64,000 nucleotides of DNA. Origin: Lepidodermella squamata (Eukaryota > Animalia > Gastrotricha). The notes under the pieces were generated by a model. The model saw only the letters and a program-made list of their open reading frames with translations. It was not told the DNA's origin and made no database searches. Made by a program: the position numbers and the translations under genes. Of the stretch, positions 12,575 through 26,212 are shown piece by piece (the first letter of the stretch is position 1; the number at the start of each line of letters is the position of its first letter). The stretch lies in the NCBI GenBank assembly GCA_047495785.1, contig JBLDXI010000024.1, positions 1,240,001-1,304,000 on the forward strand, read 5' to 3'.

Positions 12575-13009
12575 CGCTCTGTTTCTTCCTGCTGCTAATG
12601 GTCCAAAAAAAACATTTGACGAATGATCACGCTATGTGGATCAAAATTATGCGCGTACGTGGGTGAGATTTGACAGGCGTATTTTTTTTTCATTCAGCGC
12701 ATAGCGCGTAGTGGCCGCGCCTTTCATTAATAGACACATTAACCCTGGTTGTGGCTATATCGATCTATATATTTTTGTGGCACGAGATCTCGAAATTTTG
12801 AAATAATCAGAATAGCACTCTTCAATTATCGATAAACAGATTATTCCCATCTCCATGAAAATCGATAAAAATTCAGCACTCTCATAATTTAATCTAGTTC
12901 TCAAATTAGAGTAATAAAGAAAGTATTAGGCGGAGGTTGATTAAAAACAATTGTATTTTTAGAAAATCTGCTCCCACGCTTTAAGACATGAAATTATAAT
13001 ACCTTACTT

Positions 13010-13503
13010 TTATTTCACTTCACGGTCTGTATAGTGTTCTGATAATATATTTTGTACAGGATAACTAGGACACCAATAACGAATTGTTTTCAAGCGGATG
13101 AAAATTCTCGGCTGTTTCAAGCACTCATGCATAGTTGCATGAAGTTTCAAGTCACCCTAAAAAATAAATAAATCACACTTAAACTTTAATTAAAAGAAAG
13201 CCTTACCTTAAAGCAAGCTACACACATAGATTTAGATATTCTGTTCAGCTTATAAGCTAAACTAAATAGGAACGATCGAGTATACGGGGTAAAGGGGTCA
13301 CTTTCGCTTGGATTTGTCGTTTTCGAGGACACCAACTTTATCGCCTTAGTTGCAGCCAAGGCCATTCTCGCCAACAGATCCTGTTCGACAGTGAGCTGTC
13401 TAGCTGAATTTGGTCCGATGTCGGCAACCGACGCTAGCGGTGATATCGCTTCCGCTACGACAAGATTGAGCGCGAAGACAACTGTGACAGTTGCATAGGT
13501 CAT
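13010..13503 (-). CDS. Secreted 4-Cys family member 4 (exons 13503-13207, 13156-13010)
   Basis: Signal peptide; MCVACFK|GDLKLHATMHECLKQPRIFIRLKTIRYWCP; shares EQD(V/L)LARM with member 3; 50-nt intron. Confidence 0.85.
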
Positions 13504-16500
13504 TTTGGTTAAGCAGTGTAAGCCACTGTTTTGTAAACTATTGAAAAGATATCATCGCACCTACCATATGGATTAACAGTTTCCGTTAACAATTATGCGC
13601 TTTTGATAGGAAGATGGCCCCTGCTATGCCCACTCTACGGCCAACTATTCCCATATATCCTGATTGCCTGCAATGCTCCCTCGTGGGTTGTAATGCACGC
13701 GCGCTGATATCTATTAGGCTTTACTTGAGTTTGCGATTATTGACGATGAGGAATGCGTTAAGTAAAACGCCTCTGCCGCTACTCCCATGGGGCAAGAGCT
13801 TTAAGTTCGATAAGCTTTTTATGCGCAAAAGATTTGCGAAGATTTGTTGACAGTCTAAACATAAAACGATCAGGTTATTTTAAAATTCAGCTAGTGATTT
13901 TGAGTGTTTCAAAAATAACTTTGATCTAATACCAAAATTAGAACGCTCCAATGTTTACGCTATGAGTAACATGGACGATACTTTATTCCACAGGAGAAAA
14001 ATTATATTCTATAATGGACACCAGACCCGTTAGATGAGAATGTAATCACCATGCAATCACCAATCTTGCGATTTCTGAGACAAAAGGAAGAGGACTCCAG
14101 AATTTCCATCATATGGCCATCTTGGTAAATCCTAATTGACCACTGAGCTTGACCCACAGCTATCAGAATAAGTATAAGTCGTAAGATTTGGAGCAAAATT
14201 GGAGCTGTTATGAAAAAGAGTGAACAATTATTGTTCAGTGAAATTCATGATTCTGTGATAAGTTGAATACCTCATCTACGTGTAGCGCAGCTTTGAACCA
14301 TCTAAATCACTGGTATTTTCCCTTAATTTATACAGCTATTTCATCTAAAACAAAAATCTAGTGACCATAAGTAATTTGATTAAATTGCGATTAAGACGTG
14401 GCCCCACAATTCCTAAATTGCCCTTTGCTGAAAGGTGGTCTGCAGTCTGGATCAGCAATTAGATGAAATGTGACGATTTCTAACAAGCTTCGAGACAAAT
14501 CAGGAAGATGAGTGCAGGAATAACTGTTGAAATTTGAAACGAGAAAAAATGTGAAAGCTTTTCGCGAGATCACATTGCTGCATGCTTTCTTCCGAATAGA
14601 GATGGAATTCGAAATTCCGCACCTCGTCACTTGCACATTTCGCTTATTAATTAATTTTAACTGATAGTTTGCAAATTCTTCCTAAATTTTTTGATAACTC
14701 ACGTGAATTTAGAAAAGTTCTCAAGAAAAGGTGACACAGCGATCGGAAATATGCCCACCTCCTTTTGCCTTAAAATGTCTTAAAAAGGCTTTTTGCGGTT
14801 ATGCGGCTTAGCTCGAGTAACATGGCTTCTCCCGAAATAAGCATCGTTACGATGTTATAACTGAAATTAGTCGAATGGCACGTCAAGATTTTATTTTGCA
14901 GCCTCCGTCTCTTGACGTGGTGATTAATCGAGTTGAAAATCAGTAGGAATTAGGCATTCGTTCAATGCTTTGTTTCACGCCTGAATCGTAGACGGAAATA
15001 CGTAGATATTTCGGCTAATTTTTGCCGGCTCGAGTTCACTTAAGACAAATAGGACCCAAGTTCTCGCAAAACTCTTCTTCGGTCTACGGATTTCCGACGG
15101 GGCAGCATAAGAAAATTTCTGTATTAATATGTGTATTAATAAGTAATATTCTCAGCATTACAGGTAGTCAGGATGTGGCTTTGTCGAAATAGCCAGTAAC
15201 TGCTCCAGTTTTAGGATAATATAGTTTCGATTGATTTCGATATTCCAGCGTTTTTCAAGATCTTTGGCCCGGATAAAGGAAAGTTTTAATTAATCCAACA
15301 AATTTTACACCTGCAGGTTTCAGTCCCGTAGCTAGAGAGATTTTCAATTCTATAGCGTTATTGCCGTATGAAGGTTCAACAAGATTCTCTAACGGTAGGC
15401 TGGGTGATTCACCATGATGTCGCTTGGCTGATTGGCTACGCGTTAGCACGAAACAGGAGTCGCCCGAGCATTCAACTTCGTTGTGATCGTGCTGAGATGT
15501 TATAGTAAAATGTCCCTGTTATCAGATAATTGATTAGTGCCCATCGACATTTCACCACTTTCAAACATCACCTCAACTAGAGTTAGCTTGTGTTGACTTA
15601 TCGCCTAGTACGTGACTGCTACTTTAGCTGAGCCCGTTAGTGTCCATCACGGACTTGGACAAACTTTCACCGCCTATTCAAGACTCCAATTTGCGCTTAC
15701 CCTATTTCGACTGATAGGCTAGCGCAGTGGGTTAGGGTTGTGGGCTTACTCATTTAATTGTGGGATGCTTGAATGAGAGATCGTGGTTCAACATCCGTGT
15801 GTGAGCTCCCTATTGCTTGGATAGTGCAATCCAGACAGATCGGCCACTGAAGTTTTTGACGCGCAATTCAAGGAAGACGGAAATACCTTTTGCAAAATTA
15901 TACTTTATACATGCTGTCTGAATTTTGCCGCGAGGTAGGTTGTTTAGGACAGTTTCAAGTTTAGACTTTAGACAGACGTCGAGGTATTTCCCCTGGGGGA
16001 TTGCTTCCTTGTACAAATCGAGGTGTATTAAGAGAGGGGCGTGTCCATAATTGCCGAATATTGTTACCACGCACGTCAAGGGATTAAGCATTTGGCACCG
16101 TCCATTACGTCACCTCGCAGTTGTGATGTGCCTCTCTTTATTGTAGGCGTTTCACACACAAGTTATATCTATCGCCGATAATGGCGTCATATTCTTTAGC
16201 AGCTGGTTGTCAGTTTAACAGATTTTAAGCTGCGATTCATTAGCATTGAAAGTAAAAAGAAGAGGTGGCTAGGGCGAGCTTCGAGGCAAGCTAACATCGT
16301 AAAATTTGACCGTCCGCCTTAATTAACATTTGTCCAAGTTTTGCGGTTTTTAGGGTTCAAAAAGCACAGCTTGTCCACGATCACGAGTTGAAAATAATTG
16401 AATATATCTGCAAAGGAAAATGTCCTGTAACTGATTAACTACATCATTTGTCCGTTTTTTCCAAGTCTTCCCAAACTCTATTTGTCATGGCGAATTTCCA

Positions 16501-16880
16501 TTTGATGATAAGGAACATTTCTATCGCCTGACTATGGCTATTACGTGGCAATGTGCAATAATTCCAACCTATCAATCAGTCGCAATAAAAATTGACAGTG
16601 CGACAACGGCGATTATCAAATAGGCAGAACGAATAAGGACACATAACACCTGGCTCTTCCACTAACTACGTACATCTCCGCGAATGAGGTCCGTTTTCAA
16701 TTAAAATGGCAGAAATAGAACACACGTGGAAACTTCGTGCCTTGTCTCTTGCTAAACCATTGACGAGGAAGTATCTCATTTTTTAATTGTTTATTATTGA
16801 AATTTGCGCGATATTCCGAGGAGTGCAGCTGATAGCTGAAAGGTAATTGTAGAGGTAACAGAAATGATGATAAACAAAAG

Positions 16881-17247
16881 TCAGATATCAGTTCCTGACT
16901 CTGTTGGCACCTGCGTTAGACTTCGAAGAAGATTCTTCAGAACAGCCTTGTTATTACAGGCATGATTCTGCTTGAGTATCAAAGAGACGCGGCGTTTAAT
17001 GCTCGGTTCGCCCAGGCAAGTTAGCATTGACGCCCATTTACCCTGAAGAAAACGCAAGAATAAAAATTCGAATGAAAGAAATCGTATTTCGAAAAGTTAC
17101 CTTAAGGCACGTGACACATATTTTATTAGCCATTTCGTTGAATCTGCTTTGGCGTTGAGTTGTGGAAGCCTCTTTGTTCACCGAAGATGTGAAGACTTCC
17201 GCCAATAACAGGAAGGCCAGGGAAAGCACAAGTATCAGTGTTGCCAT
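16881..17247 (-). CDS. Secreted 4-Cys family member 5 (exons 17247-17101, 17042-16881)
   Basis: Signal peptide MATLILVLSLAFLLLAEVFTS; ICVTCLK|GKWASMLTCLGEPSIKRRVSLILKQNHAC. Confidence 0.85.
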
Positions 17248-17976
17248 GATAAAACCGCAACTATAAAAAACAGTAAATCCCGTAAAAGCATCTCCTTTCA
17301 CTTCTATACTGTTGGTTTTAATCAGTGACTTTTGACCAATATTCATGCAGCAGGAGAAATGAAACGTTCATTTCGTATGACTTGGTAAATCTGATTAATT
17401 TCATCGCGGACACCTAGGAGACTTAATACCAGTGACAACATGACTGTTGGCTAATTAATTAGTAGTGACACGTCAATCAAACGAAAGGGTGTTTTTTCGG
17501 CTAAAAAAACCGACGACCTTGGATGGGCAAACCTGATGCAATTTTCGCTCCTCTATCCCAATTCTACGACAGTGATGGTGTTTCGGTTAAGGACAATAAT
17601 CCTGAATCCTTGAGATGTTAAAAAGAGAAAAAATTGGTGATTTTATGTAGCGCATCTTGTTTTGATATGCGCGAGAGGCCATGGATGACCAGAGGGCGTC
17701 AAATAAAAGCATCGCGCAATCTCTCTCAGGTGCAACTTTCTCCGCTTTTAATTTGTTTGTCAATTCGGTCCCCGCAGGGGCCTTGCAGAGTCCACTCAAC
17801 TTCGCTTTACTCACTTGATTTCTCGCACTCTTGGGATTGCTGGCGATTTTTGACAACGCATAATTTGAATCATGTGATAACACTTCATATGAGTCAATCG
17901 CTTCAATTTACTATGTTTTTCGTCAACAGTATTGAAATTTAAGAGTCAGAAGATTTGAAAAATGTAGAAAAAAAAA

Positions 17977-18338
17977 TCAGAGTTTGTATTTCACAATTTC
18001 CAACAACTTAGTGAATTCCCTGCGCTTACACGTCCGCTTATGCGATTCGATGACCAGTATCCTCCCGGCGATGTCTGGCTGGTTTAGGCACATTAGCATT
18101 GTCGGCCAATCACCCTGAATCGTAACATATAACTAAAATTTGATTTAGTCAGTGGTATAAAGCCACAAACCTGTAAGCATTTCACACAAATTCGATTCGC
18201 AGTTTCGCTTAATTGCTTCGCCAATCCTCGGATGAATTTCACCAACTCGCCCGTTGGTCTTGCTGGCGGCTGGGTCGTTTGAGCCTCGGTCAGTAGGAAT
18301 AACGCAAGACTCGAAAATATGACTATCAAAGCATGCAT
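17977..18338 (-). CDS. Secreted 4-Cys family member 6 (exons 18338-18171, 18114-17977)
   Basis: Signal peptide MHALIVIFSSLALFLLTEA; ICVKCLQ|GDWPTMLMCLNQPDIAGRILVIESHKRTC. Confidence 0.85.
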
Positions 18339-18657
18339 TCTAGAAAATATGATTATTGCATATGAATTCCGTTTTCCTCACAAAAAAGAGAACTACGTCA
18401 TCGGACACGTCAATTACGATGAGAGGGCCTAGAGTGGTTATATTTACAGCGTTTCCATCGCTCCTAATAAATCACGTATAGCGAAAAAATAACGGGAAGG
18501 TTCACACTTTATCAGGAAGCTGCAATTGATGCTCTTACTGTGTTTTGCACTTACGCCATAATTTAGAAAGCTGAATGGTCGTCAAGGCAGTAAGTAGGTG
18601 GATGTATTCGTAGGCAATAAATAAGTTGCGTGCAATCGATTTTACTACAATGCATAT

Positions 18658-19851
18658 TTACTGATCATTGCCACTCAACATAGTAATCAAGCATGCTACA
18701 GAGAAGATAATAACGGCTGAGGCTAGAGAACTGAAAAATGCCAAGTCCACCAAACGACAAAGTCGAATTTTGCCGTACAAAATGCTAACTTTTCGCTCAG
18801 TGTACGCCTGATTAGAATCACAAATAGCACAAATGACAGCAGCATAACACGTGATAAGCATAGCTGCTAGGATTTGGCTGAAAATTAAGTCGGACAGCAT
18901 GATGTTGCACGGGGTTTTCGGTATGTTTGCCAGCACTTGAGTTTGAGCGACAGTGAATGCCAGGAGGACAGTTACCGCGAAACTCGGGCGATCATTTGCA
19001 TCAGGCGGTATTAGCCCGGTAGCAAATTGAACGATCAACAACACGAAGCAAGGTGCCACAACATTCAATCCGTAATAGAATGGCTCGCGTTTTATCACGT
19101 AGCTAAATTCGATTACGTGGCTATTTGAAGACGTGAAATTAGTCACTTGAAAACTGCCCCAGTTACGCATGAGTTGCCATCCCAAGTTCTTTGAGATGGC
19201 CTCTGAAAACACAGAAGTTTCCACCGCTGTTATGTTGATAGCAGTATCCGGGAGCCATACGCCGAAAAACATTCTACAGAGCTGCTGGTCGAAAGGAAAG
19301 TGCTCGAAGCTCATGTCACAGTAATGCGAAAAAATTCCAGCATAGCTGTATTGCACTACCCCTTCCAACGGGAAAGCCGTGATTGCTACAGCCGTATGTT
19401 CTGATAGGCCGAAATCGTCGCAACTGATAAGTTGAATAATTAGAAATCAAACATTATTACATCAGCTTTCAATTAACCTATTTTCGTGCACTATGCCAGG
19501 CCTCCAGTATTCGGAAGTTTCCAGAATATTCCAAAATTCTGGAACCACTCTGGTTTGCCTATAGCGATGAGCGGCTTCCTTCACGCAATCGACGTGGAAT
19601 CGAATGAGCAATAATCCGTTCAGCGATATCGATTCTTGAAGGTCATCTACGTCGTTGAACCGAAAGTACTCCAAATGAACTTCAGTTGGAATCCGGCTGT
19701 CAGATGAGTTCAAGTATTCATTGGGATGAGTTGCTCCTGGAACAAAATTGCATTCAGTAAAAATCAGCGTTCGAATATCGTCATCTCTGCTGATAGCGAA
19801 AACGACCTCGCTTAAAGCGACAATGGAAAAGACAATTTCGAGAAAATTCAT
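18658..19851 (-). CDS. Divergent Cys-loop LGIC subunit A (exons 19851-19478, 19423-18658)
   Basis: Signal peptide, WRPG, Cys-loop CDMSFEHFPFDQQLC, pre-M1 KREPFYY, four TM helices, short M3-M4 loop. Confidence 0.9.
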
Positions 19852-20042
19852 TTTCTGCACTGCGCTGCCATTTTTATTACGAGTCTGGGGGCTGCTGATC
19901 AAACATGAGATCACGAGTCAGACACTGATTCATTTTTTATTAACAATAGGTAAATAATTGCTAGCGAACCCGGATATGAATTACACAACCTATACAGTCA
20001 CGTGCGAGACTGCTAAAGATTTTTGTCGATTAATTGAATTTT

Positions 20043-20165
20043 TCAAGTCAGCGGCGTCATGTTAACTCAAATCAGCGACACGGTGTAGATGAAAACAATA
20101 GAACAGCGAGCATGCTGAAGAAAATGATATCAGTGCATATGAAAATACGAAGACTTTTCTTGACA
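20043..20165 (-). pseudogene. Relic 3' end (M4) of an LGIC-C-like gene
   Basis: Nucleotide match to 22979-23100 (GGTGTAGATGAAAACAATA...GCTGAAGAAAATGATATC) with indels; the rest of the gene is absent. Confidence 0.7.
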
Positions 20166-20169
20166 GGTC

Positions 20170-21540
20170 TACAGGTTTTGTTGCTTCTGTCACCAAATAT
20201 TCGCTGATGAGTCGACTCTCGCTAAAATGTTCGCAATAAGTTCGACTTTTGCTTTGCTGCTCGTTACAGTCCCACCACCGCTTGATCTCAAACTCGAGAT
20301 GCCCTGCTTGCGCCGTCTTTTGTTCCGCAACTTATAGGTACGCAGCAACCTATAAAAGTTCGGATTATATAAAACTATCGCTTTTGCCTTGGAATGGCTC
20401 GCAGTCTTTACGGTTCTCATCAGCAATTAGACCAATAGTTAGATTGAGTGTATACTCCGGTTAAGAGCGCAAGCGGTTTTCGAGAAGAGCTGTTGCTGTT
20501 GAGGTCGGAATCGTTTCAGAGGCTGTGAACTCTTGGTTTGAGTCTTGGTTTGGGATTTTCTCGCTCCGATCTTCCACCAGTTTGCCAATTCGTAATGCAG
20601 CTGACTCTCAGCTTCGTAAACGGTAAAGCTTTTTAACAGCGCTGTTCAAGCTCACTTATCCTAGCGCGGCGATTCAAATGAAGAGCAGGGATAGCGTAAG
20701 GGCAGTTATTTTGAAAAACCTGTAATTGGACGAGTTGTGCCTTGGCCTCGGACGCGATTGCAACAAACCAAAAAGTGGTGAACAAACGAACAAAGGCAAG
20801 ATTGGCGGGGCGGCGCCATCGGTGAGACCAACTGGGGCGGCTTACGACTAACGACAGAGCAGAAACATTAAAGATCTGTCCATACCTTGCACAGCATCCA
20901 TATCGATTTTCCCAGCACGCGAAGAATCGAACCGACGACAGTGCCTCCAAGCTCCGAGATCGAGCCTTACGCTGGGAGGTCGACGGGAGAAACGACAACT
21001 TCACTCCTCAAGACGTTGCCGGCACATACAGGCCACGCGGCGATTAAATTCAGGCTGAACGTGCCCCTCGACTTTTGCGAACGTGCACCTGAACCGACAA
21101 CCGTCAGATGTCAGATCGCTGGCATAAGCATTAAAATTCCCTGCCAGGAGAGCTGGTTAACCTGAGGAGGTCGCTTGAGAACGTAGGCAATGAGTAGGAC
21201 GACTTCGGCGAACCTTGCGGTGCGCCGCCGCACTGCAAACGGCCTCATTTCAGTCATGTAAAATGTAACGCGATTTGTCTCCTGAGCCGCCTTTTAGATG
21301 ACCCTGAAGAGGAATACCGCCCCTCCAACGAAGCGTATTGCTAATGCCGTCCTGCATGTGGGCCTTCACCGTCTTCAATTTGTCAATTTCCTCCAGCACT
21401 GATGTGGTCGCAAAATGTCGCAAAACGATGGGCGTGAAAAGTCGGTTTCGAACTCTTTGGGCTTCACACTATGACCGCAAGCCAGTCATTCGGTAGAATG
21501 AGTGTAGAGTTCATCTGCTAACTATATCTTTTGATGTTGA
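20170..21540 (+). mobile_element. Probable decayed non-LTR retrotransposon 3' portion (restriction-like-endonuclease type?)
   Basis: More GC-rich block interrupting the LGIC duplication; broken frames with AAIKFRLNVP, a VSPEPP segment and VGFELFG, loosely resembling RLE-clade C-termini. No intact motif seen. Confidence 0.3.
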
Positions 21541-21603
21541 TGAATAATTAGCAAAGCATGTATTCGTAGGCAATGAATTGGGTTAAATCGATTTCCGTAC
21601 CAT

Positions 21604-22793
21604 TTATTGGTCGTTATCATTCATCATAGTAATCAAGCAAACCGCAGAGAACACAATTACAATTATAGCAAGGCTACCGAAAAACACCACGTCAACCAAA
21701 CGGCAAAGTCTGATTTTGCCGAACAGAATTTTAACTTTTCGTTCAGTGTACGCCTTGTGAGAATCACAAATAGTGCAAATGGTAGCAGTGTAACACGTGA
21801 TGAGCATAGCTGCTAGGATTTGGCTGAAAATTAAGTCGGACAGCATGATGTTGCACGGGGTTTTCGGTATGTTTGCCAACACTTGAGTTTGAGCGACAGT
21901 GAATGCCAGGAGGACAGTTACCGCGAAACCCGGACGGTCATTTGCATCAGGCGGTATTAGCCCGGTAGCAAATTGAACGATCAACAACACGAAGCAAGGT
22001 GCCACAACGTTGAATCCGTAATAGAATGGCTCGCGTTTTATCACGTAGGCAAATTCTATAATATGACTAGTCGTAGACGTAAAATTAACCACGAGGAATG
22101 TGCCGCTGTGGCGCTGAAGTTGCCACCCCAAATTCTTTGAGATAGCTTCCGATGTAGCCGAAGTTCCCACCGCTGTTATGTTGATAGCAGTGTCCGGGAG
22201 CCATAAACCGAAAATCATTCTACACAGTTGTTGATCGAAGGGAAAGTGCTCGAAACTCATGTCACAGTAATGCGAGAAAATCCCAGAATAGCTGTATTGC
22301 ACTACCCCTTCCAAGGGGAAAGCTGTTATTGCTAGGTTTGTGTATTCTGACAGGTCGAAATCGTTGCAACTGAAAAGCCGAATCGTCAGAAATAAAGCGA
22401 AATATCAATTATAATAAACCTGTTTTCATGAACTATGCCAGGCCGCCAGTAATCGGAAGTTTCAAGAATTGTCCAAAACTCTGGAACCACCCTGGTTTCC
22501 CTATACCTATTAGCCGCTTCCTTCACGCAGTCGAAGTTGAATCGAATGAGTAACAATGCGTTCATCGTGACAGATTCTTGAAGGTCATCCACGTCATTGA
22601 AACGAGAAAACTCCAAATGAACTTCAGTTGGAATCCGGCTATCCGATGTGTTCAAGTATTCATTTGGATGCGTGGCCCCCGGCACAAAGTTGCATTCAGT
22701 CAAAATGAGCGTTCGAATATCGTCATCTCTGCTGATAGCGAAACCGACCTCAATCAAAGCGGCAGTGATAACAAACTTTGTGAGAAAATTCAT
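21604..22793 (-). CDS. Divergent Cys-loop LGIC subunit B (exons 22793-22420, 22369-21604)
   Basis: Close paralog of subunit A; identical Cys-loop; same phase-2 intron after HEN. Confidence 0.9.
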
Positions 22794-22978
22794 TTTTTTG
22801 CTCTGCGAGGATATTTTTTATGTTTTACTGCGATACATGCGGCGGCTGATCAAACATGAGATCACGAGATTAACTGGTGATTCATTTTTTATTATCACCG
22901 GGTAAATAAATAATGGCAAAGTACGGATATGAGTTAGTCTGCCGGTATACATGTGCGAATGTCAATTTATTGCTTTTT

Positions 22979-24223
22979 TCAATTCAATGGTGTCATCATC
23001 ACTCCAATCAACGAAATGGTGTAGATGAAAACAATAACAGCGAGTATGCTGAAGAAAATGATATCTGTTAATCGGCAAATGCGAACGTTTCCCTTGCCAA
23101 TGACTTTCACGCAGTTTTCAGAAAAATATTTGCTCGTGTCGCAAATTGCGCACATGACTGATGAATAACAAGCTATGATCATTGCCGTAATAGCTTGACC
23201 GAAAATAAGATCAGCCAATAGGACATTTGATGGCGTTTTAGGAACGTTGGCCAATACCTGTCCTTGTGCGACCATGAAGGCTAGGAGAACAGTTACAGCG
23301 TAACTAGGTCGATCAGGTAAGTCAGGTGGGATGAACGCACAAGCGAATTGTACTATGGTCAGGACGAGGCTGGGGCCTAAAATGTTAAGGATAAAATAAT
23401 CCGGAACTCGTTTCATGCTGAAGTAAAAGCTGATAACGTGGTAGTTGGTGTTCAAATAAGGCTTAATTGTATAGTTCTGCGAAAGCTTGCCGATTGTCCA
23501 TCCAAGATTTTTCGACGCAAAGCTATCGGTGCCACTTAGGCTTTGCAAATCATGAATTTTAATTAAGCTGGTGGGCAGCCATATTGCGAATTGAACGGCG
23601 CAGAACTGCTCATCGAAGGGGAATCTAATCGTTTTTGAGAGATTTTAAGGAAATAATTTTTCGCTAAAGGCTATACCTCTCAAAAATCATGTCGCAGAAG
23701 AAAGAGAAAAGCCCGGAGAAACCATAGTGGACCTGGCCTTCGAAAGGCAGAGCTGTGATAGCCGGATGCACCTCCTCTGTCAAGCCGTAGTCAGTGCAGC
23801 TGTAAATAGTACATTTATGATAATTAAGTTGCTCAATTACGCAAATTGCCTGTTCTCATTAACCACACCTGGTCTCCAGTAGTCATCGGTATTCATCATA
23901 ACCCAATAAGGCGGAACTGGCCTAGTCAAGTTGTGCCTAAAGGCGGATTCTTTCACGCAGTCGATTGTGTAGACAATTAGAAAGATTCCTTTGATTGAGA
24001 CAGCCTCTTCTAGGTCATCCACCTTAATTAACCTATTGTATTGCATCATCACGTCCACCCGGCTTGGACCACTCGTTATGTTGTACTCATTAGGATGTGT
24101 AACTCCAGGCACTACGTTGCATTCTGTTAGAATCTGCGTTCGAATGTCGTCATCGCGGCTTATAGCATCGCAAAACGGAAAGCATAGGGTAGCATAAAAA
24201 ATCAAGCCAGTGGAATTGTGCAT
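22979..24223 (-). CDS. Divergent Cys-loop LGIC subunit C (3 exons; introns 23849 or 23840 to 23800, and 23676-23625)
   Basis: MHNSTGLIFYATLCFPFCDA-ISRDDDIRT; Cys-loop CDMIFER|FPFDEQFC; M2 DRPSYAVTVLLAF; four TMs. Confidence 0.88.
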
Positions 24224-26212
24224 TTTTACAGCAAGCTCTAAGCATTCAAAAAGCAGTCTAGCATTCGAAAAGCTCGCACACAGGTCGACTGTCTCAGGAG
24301 ACTTCGTAGTCGAATTTGTCAATGCGCAGAGCTTTATCGATCCATTTAATGCTTTTAGGAAAATTTTCTCTCCCGTAAAACCTCGCTTAAAATCACAAAT
24401 AACGTTGACTGATCACGCGCAACAATCATCTTGATTTTTTTACAACGAGTGATGTCTCTATCCATGTCTCTATTCAAGTGTGCGCGACCTGAAATGTAAA
24501 TTAAAGGAAGGAAGCTAATTTTTTATTGTTTAAAAATACAAAAGCACCGGCCACGTTTAGGCTTGGGCTCACTAAAATATTACAATACAATATTATTAAA
24601 AACCCAGACAATAGACATCGAAATATATCTAGGTATAAAAGCGAATGTACGTGGGCAATACTCATGACTATCACACAAGGCAGGAGAAATCATTTTTTTT
24701 TCATTTCATCTCCATGATAAGTTGATTGGAGAAGATGGATTCGGAAAGCTAATGAAGTTCGACAAAATGTGCAAATTATATACATAAACCATAAACCTAA
24801 ACCTATAGTCAAGTTCATTTTGTCCTTTATGTGCATCTTTCACTATTACCGTCATTGATTGAATGTGCATCATTGGGTATGATGATCAAAACTGTTTACG
24901 GCGAAGAGCCACTCAAGTATCCTGACATAGAAAGTATCCTTTTGCGCGCTAGCCGTGCTCACCGTGAAACTCAAACCTACAAAGTTTCGAAAAATGAGAC
25001 ACTTAAAATGGCAGTGTCGTGCCCAAATAGCAACGTTCTGTTGGCGCTGAGTCTCTGGCTTGTGCCATTAATTATTGTTGAGAACCATAACTACCTTTCG
25101 AAATAAGCACCCGAGTAAGAAGCATGGAGTAAAACCATAAACAGTGGAAATAAGCTTTGAACCGAATTCTTATGAGATACCTCTTTAATGTGGTTTTATA
25201 TAATGGATAAAAAATCGGTTTCTCAAATACCTGCGCACACCTGTCTACTTGAGTCCGTTTTTTCAGGCCATGTCGCACACCCCATTTTGTGAACAGTGCG
25301 AGTGTACGTTGAACTTTTACTTATGCGAAAAGTTGAAGATCCAGTGAGAAAAGTATCAAATGTTTTGCATGCGGAGGCACAACGTTCGGCAGCACTCAAC
25401 GACAAATCGAACATTAGTAAATCCACCTTTATTTTTTCGCTGAACATTCCCATCGCCAACGCCATGCCATGTGTTTGGTCTGTACCTATCGGCGTTAGAA
25501 TGAACCAACGTTCTAATGACCGATACCGATTAGGACAAGCGTAGGATTATGGCTTCTCGAACAGTTGTGAGCTAACAATTGATTTGTGATACGATTTCTG
25601 CTGGGGCGGCGGCGATTAGGATGAAGCAGGATTACTTTTGGGCGCGCAAAACAAGTCTTTCGATCACACTCTTGAAAATGAGAGCTTTACCCGGGCATAT
25701 TATACGTCATTGCTTGGGAATAAGAGACAAATATAAAGCTTTGTTAGTGTTTTTATCTTGTTACTGCACCAAATCAAAGTTCTCCGTAAACTTGATAGTG
25801 CGCCACGTTTTCACGTAAAATTACACTAATTTCCAGCCTCCAGCCAGATTTAATTTACGTGAATGGTGATAAATTAGGACATCCATTAGCGAATGAATCA
25901 TAAAATTTGGGAATGGTCATTTTAATAACTTGATTACTCGCCATATCAATTGCCGTCGTAGCTAACTGCGTGTCCTTGATATACTCCGAATATGACCTCT
26001 TGTTGGACCAATTTAATCAGCATCATAATTTGAATAATTAATAAAATGCCCAGTTTACCAATACTTCTCTCTCAATTAAACGTATTACGCCCTGATTGAT
26101 CAATTTCTCATTACCACGAGGCTAAGATTGGTTTTTAATCTCCTTTAATCCAGGACCCGCGCAGCCAACAACTTTTGAAATTAACCTATTTTCTATTTTC
26201 CAGAGTTTTAAA

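Noticed and set aside
14002-14196. ORF with a signal-peptide-like start (LRLILILIAVGQAQ)
   Set aside because: No in-frame ATG before the hydrophobic stretch and no family motif; cannot be supported.
15060-16100. Coding-looking fragments on the minus strand
   Set aside because: Interrupted by stops, with no recognisable domain or consistent splice model; possibly a decayed gene or transposon.
24831-25818. Overlapping short ORFs between LGIC C and 4-Cys member 7
   Set aside because: No similarity to neighbouring families or known motifs by eye.
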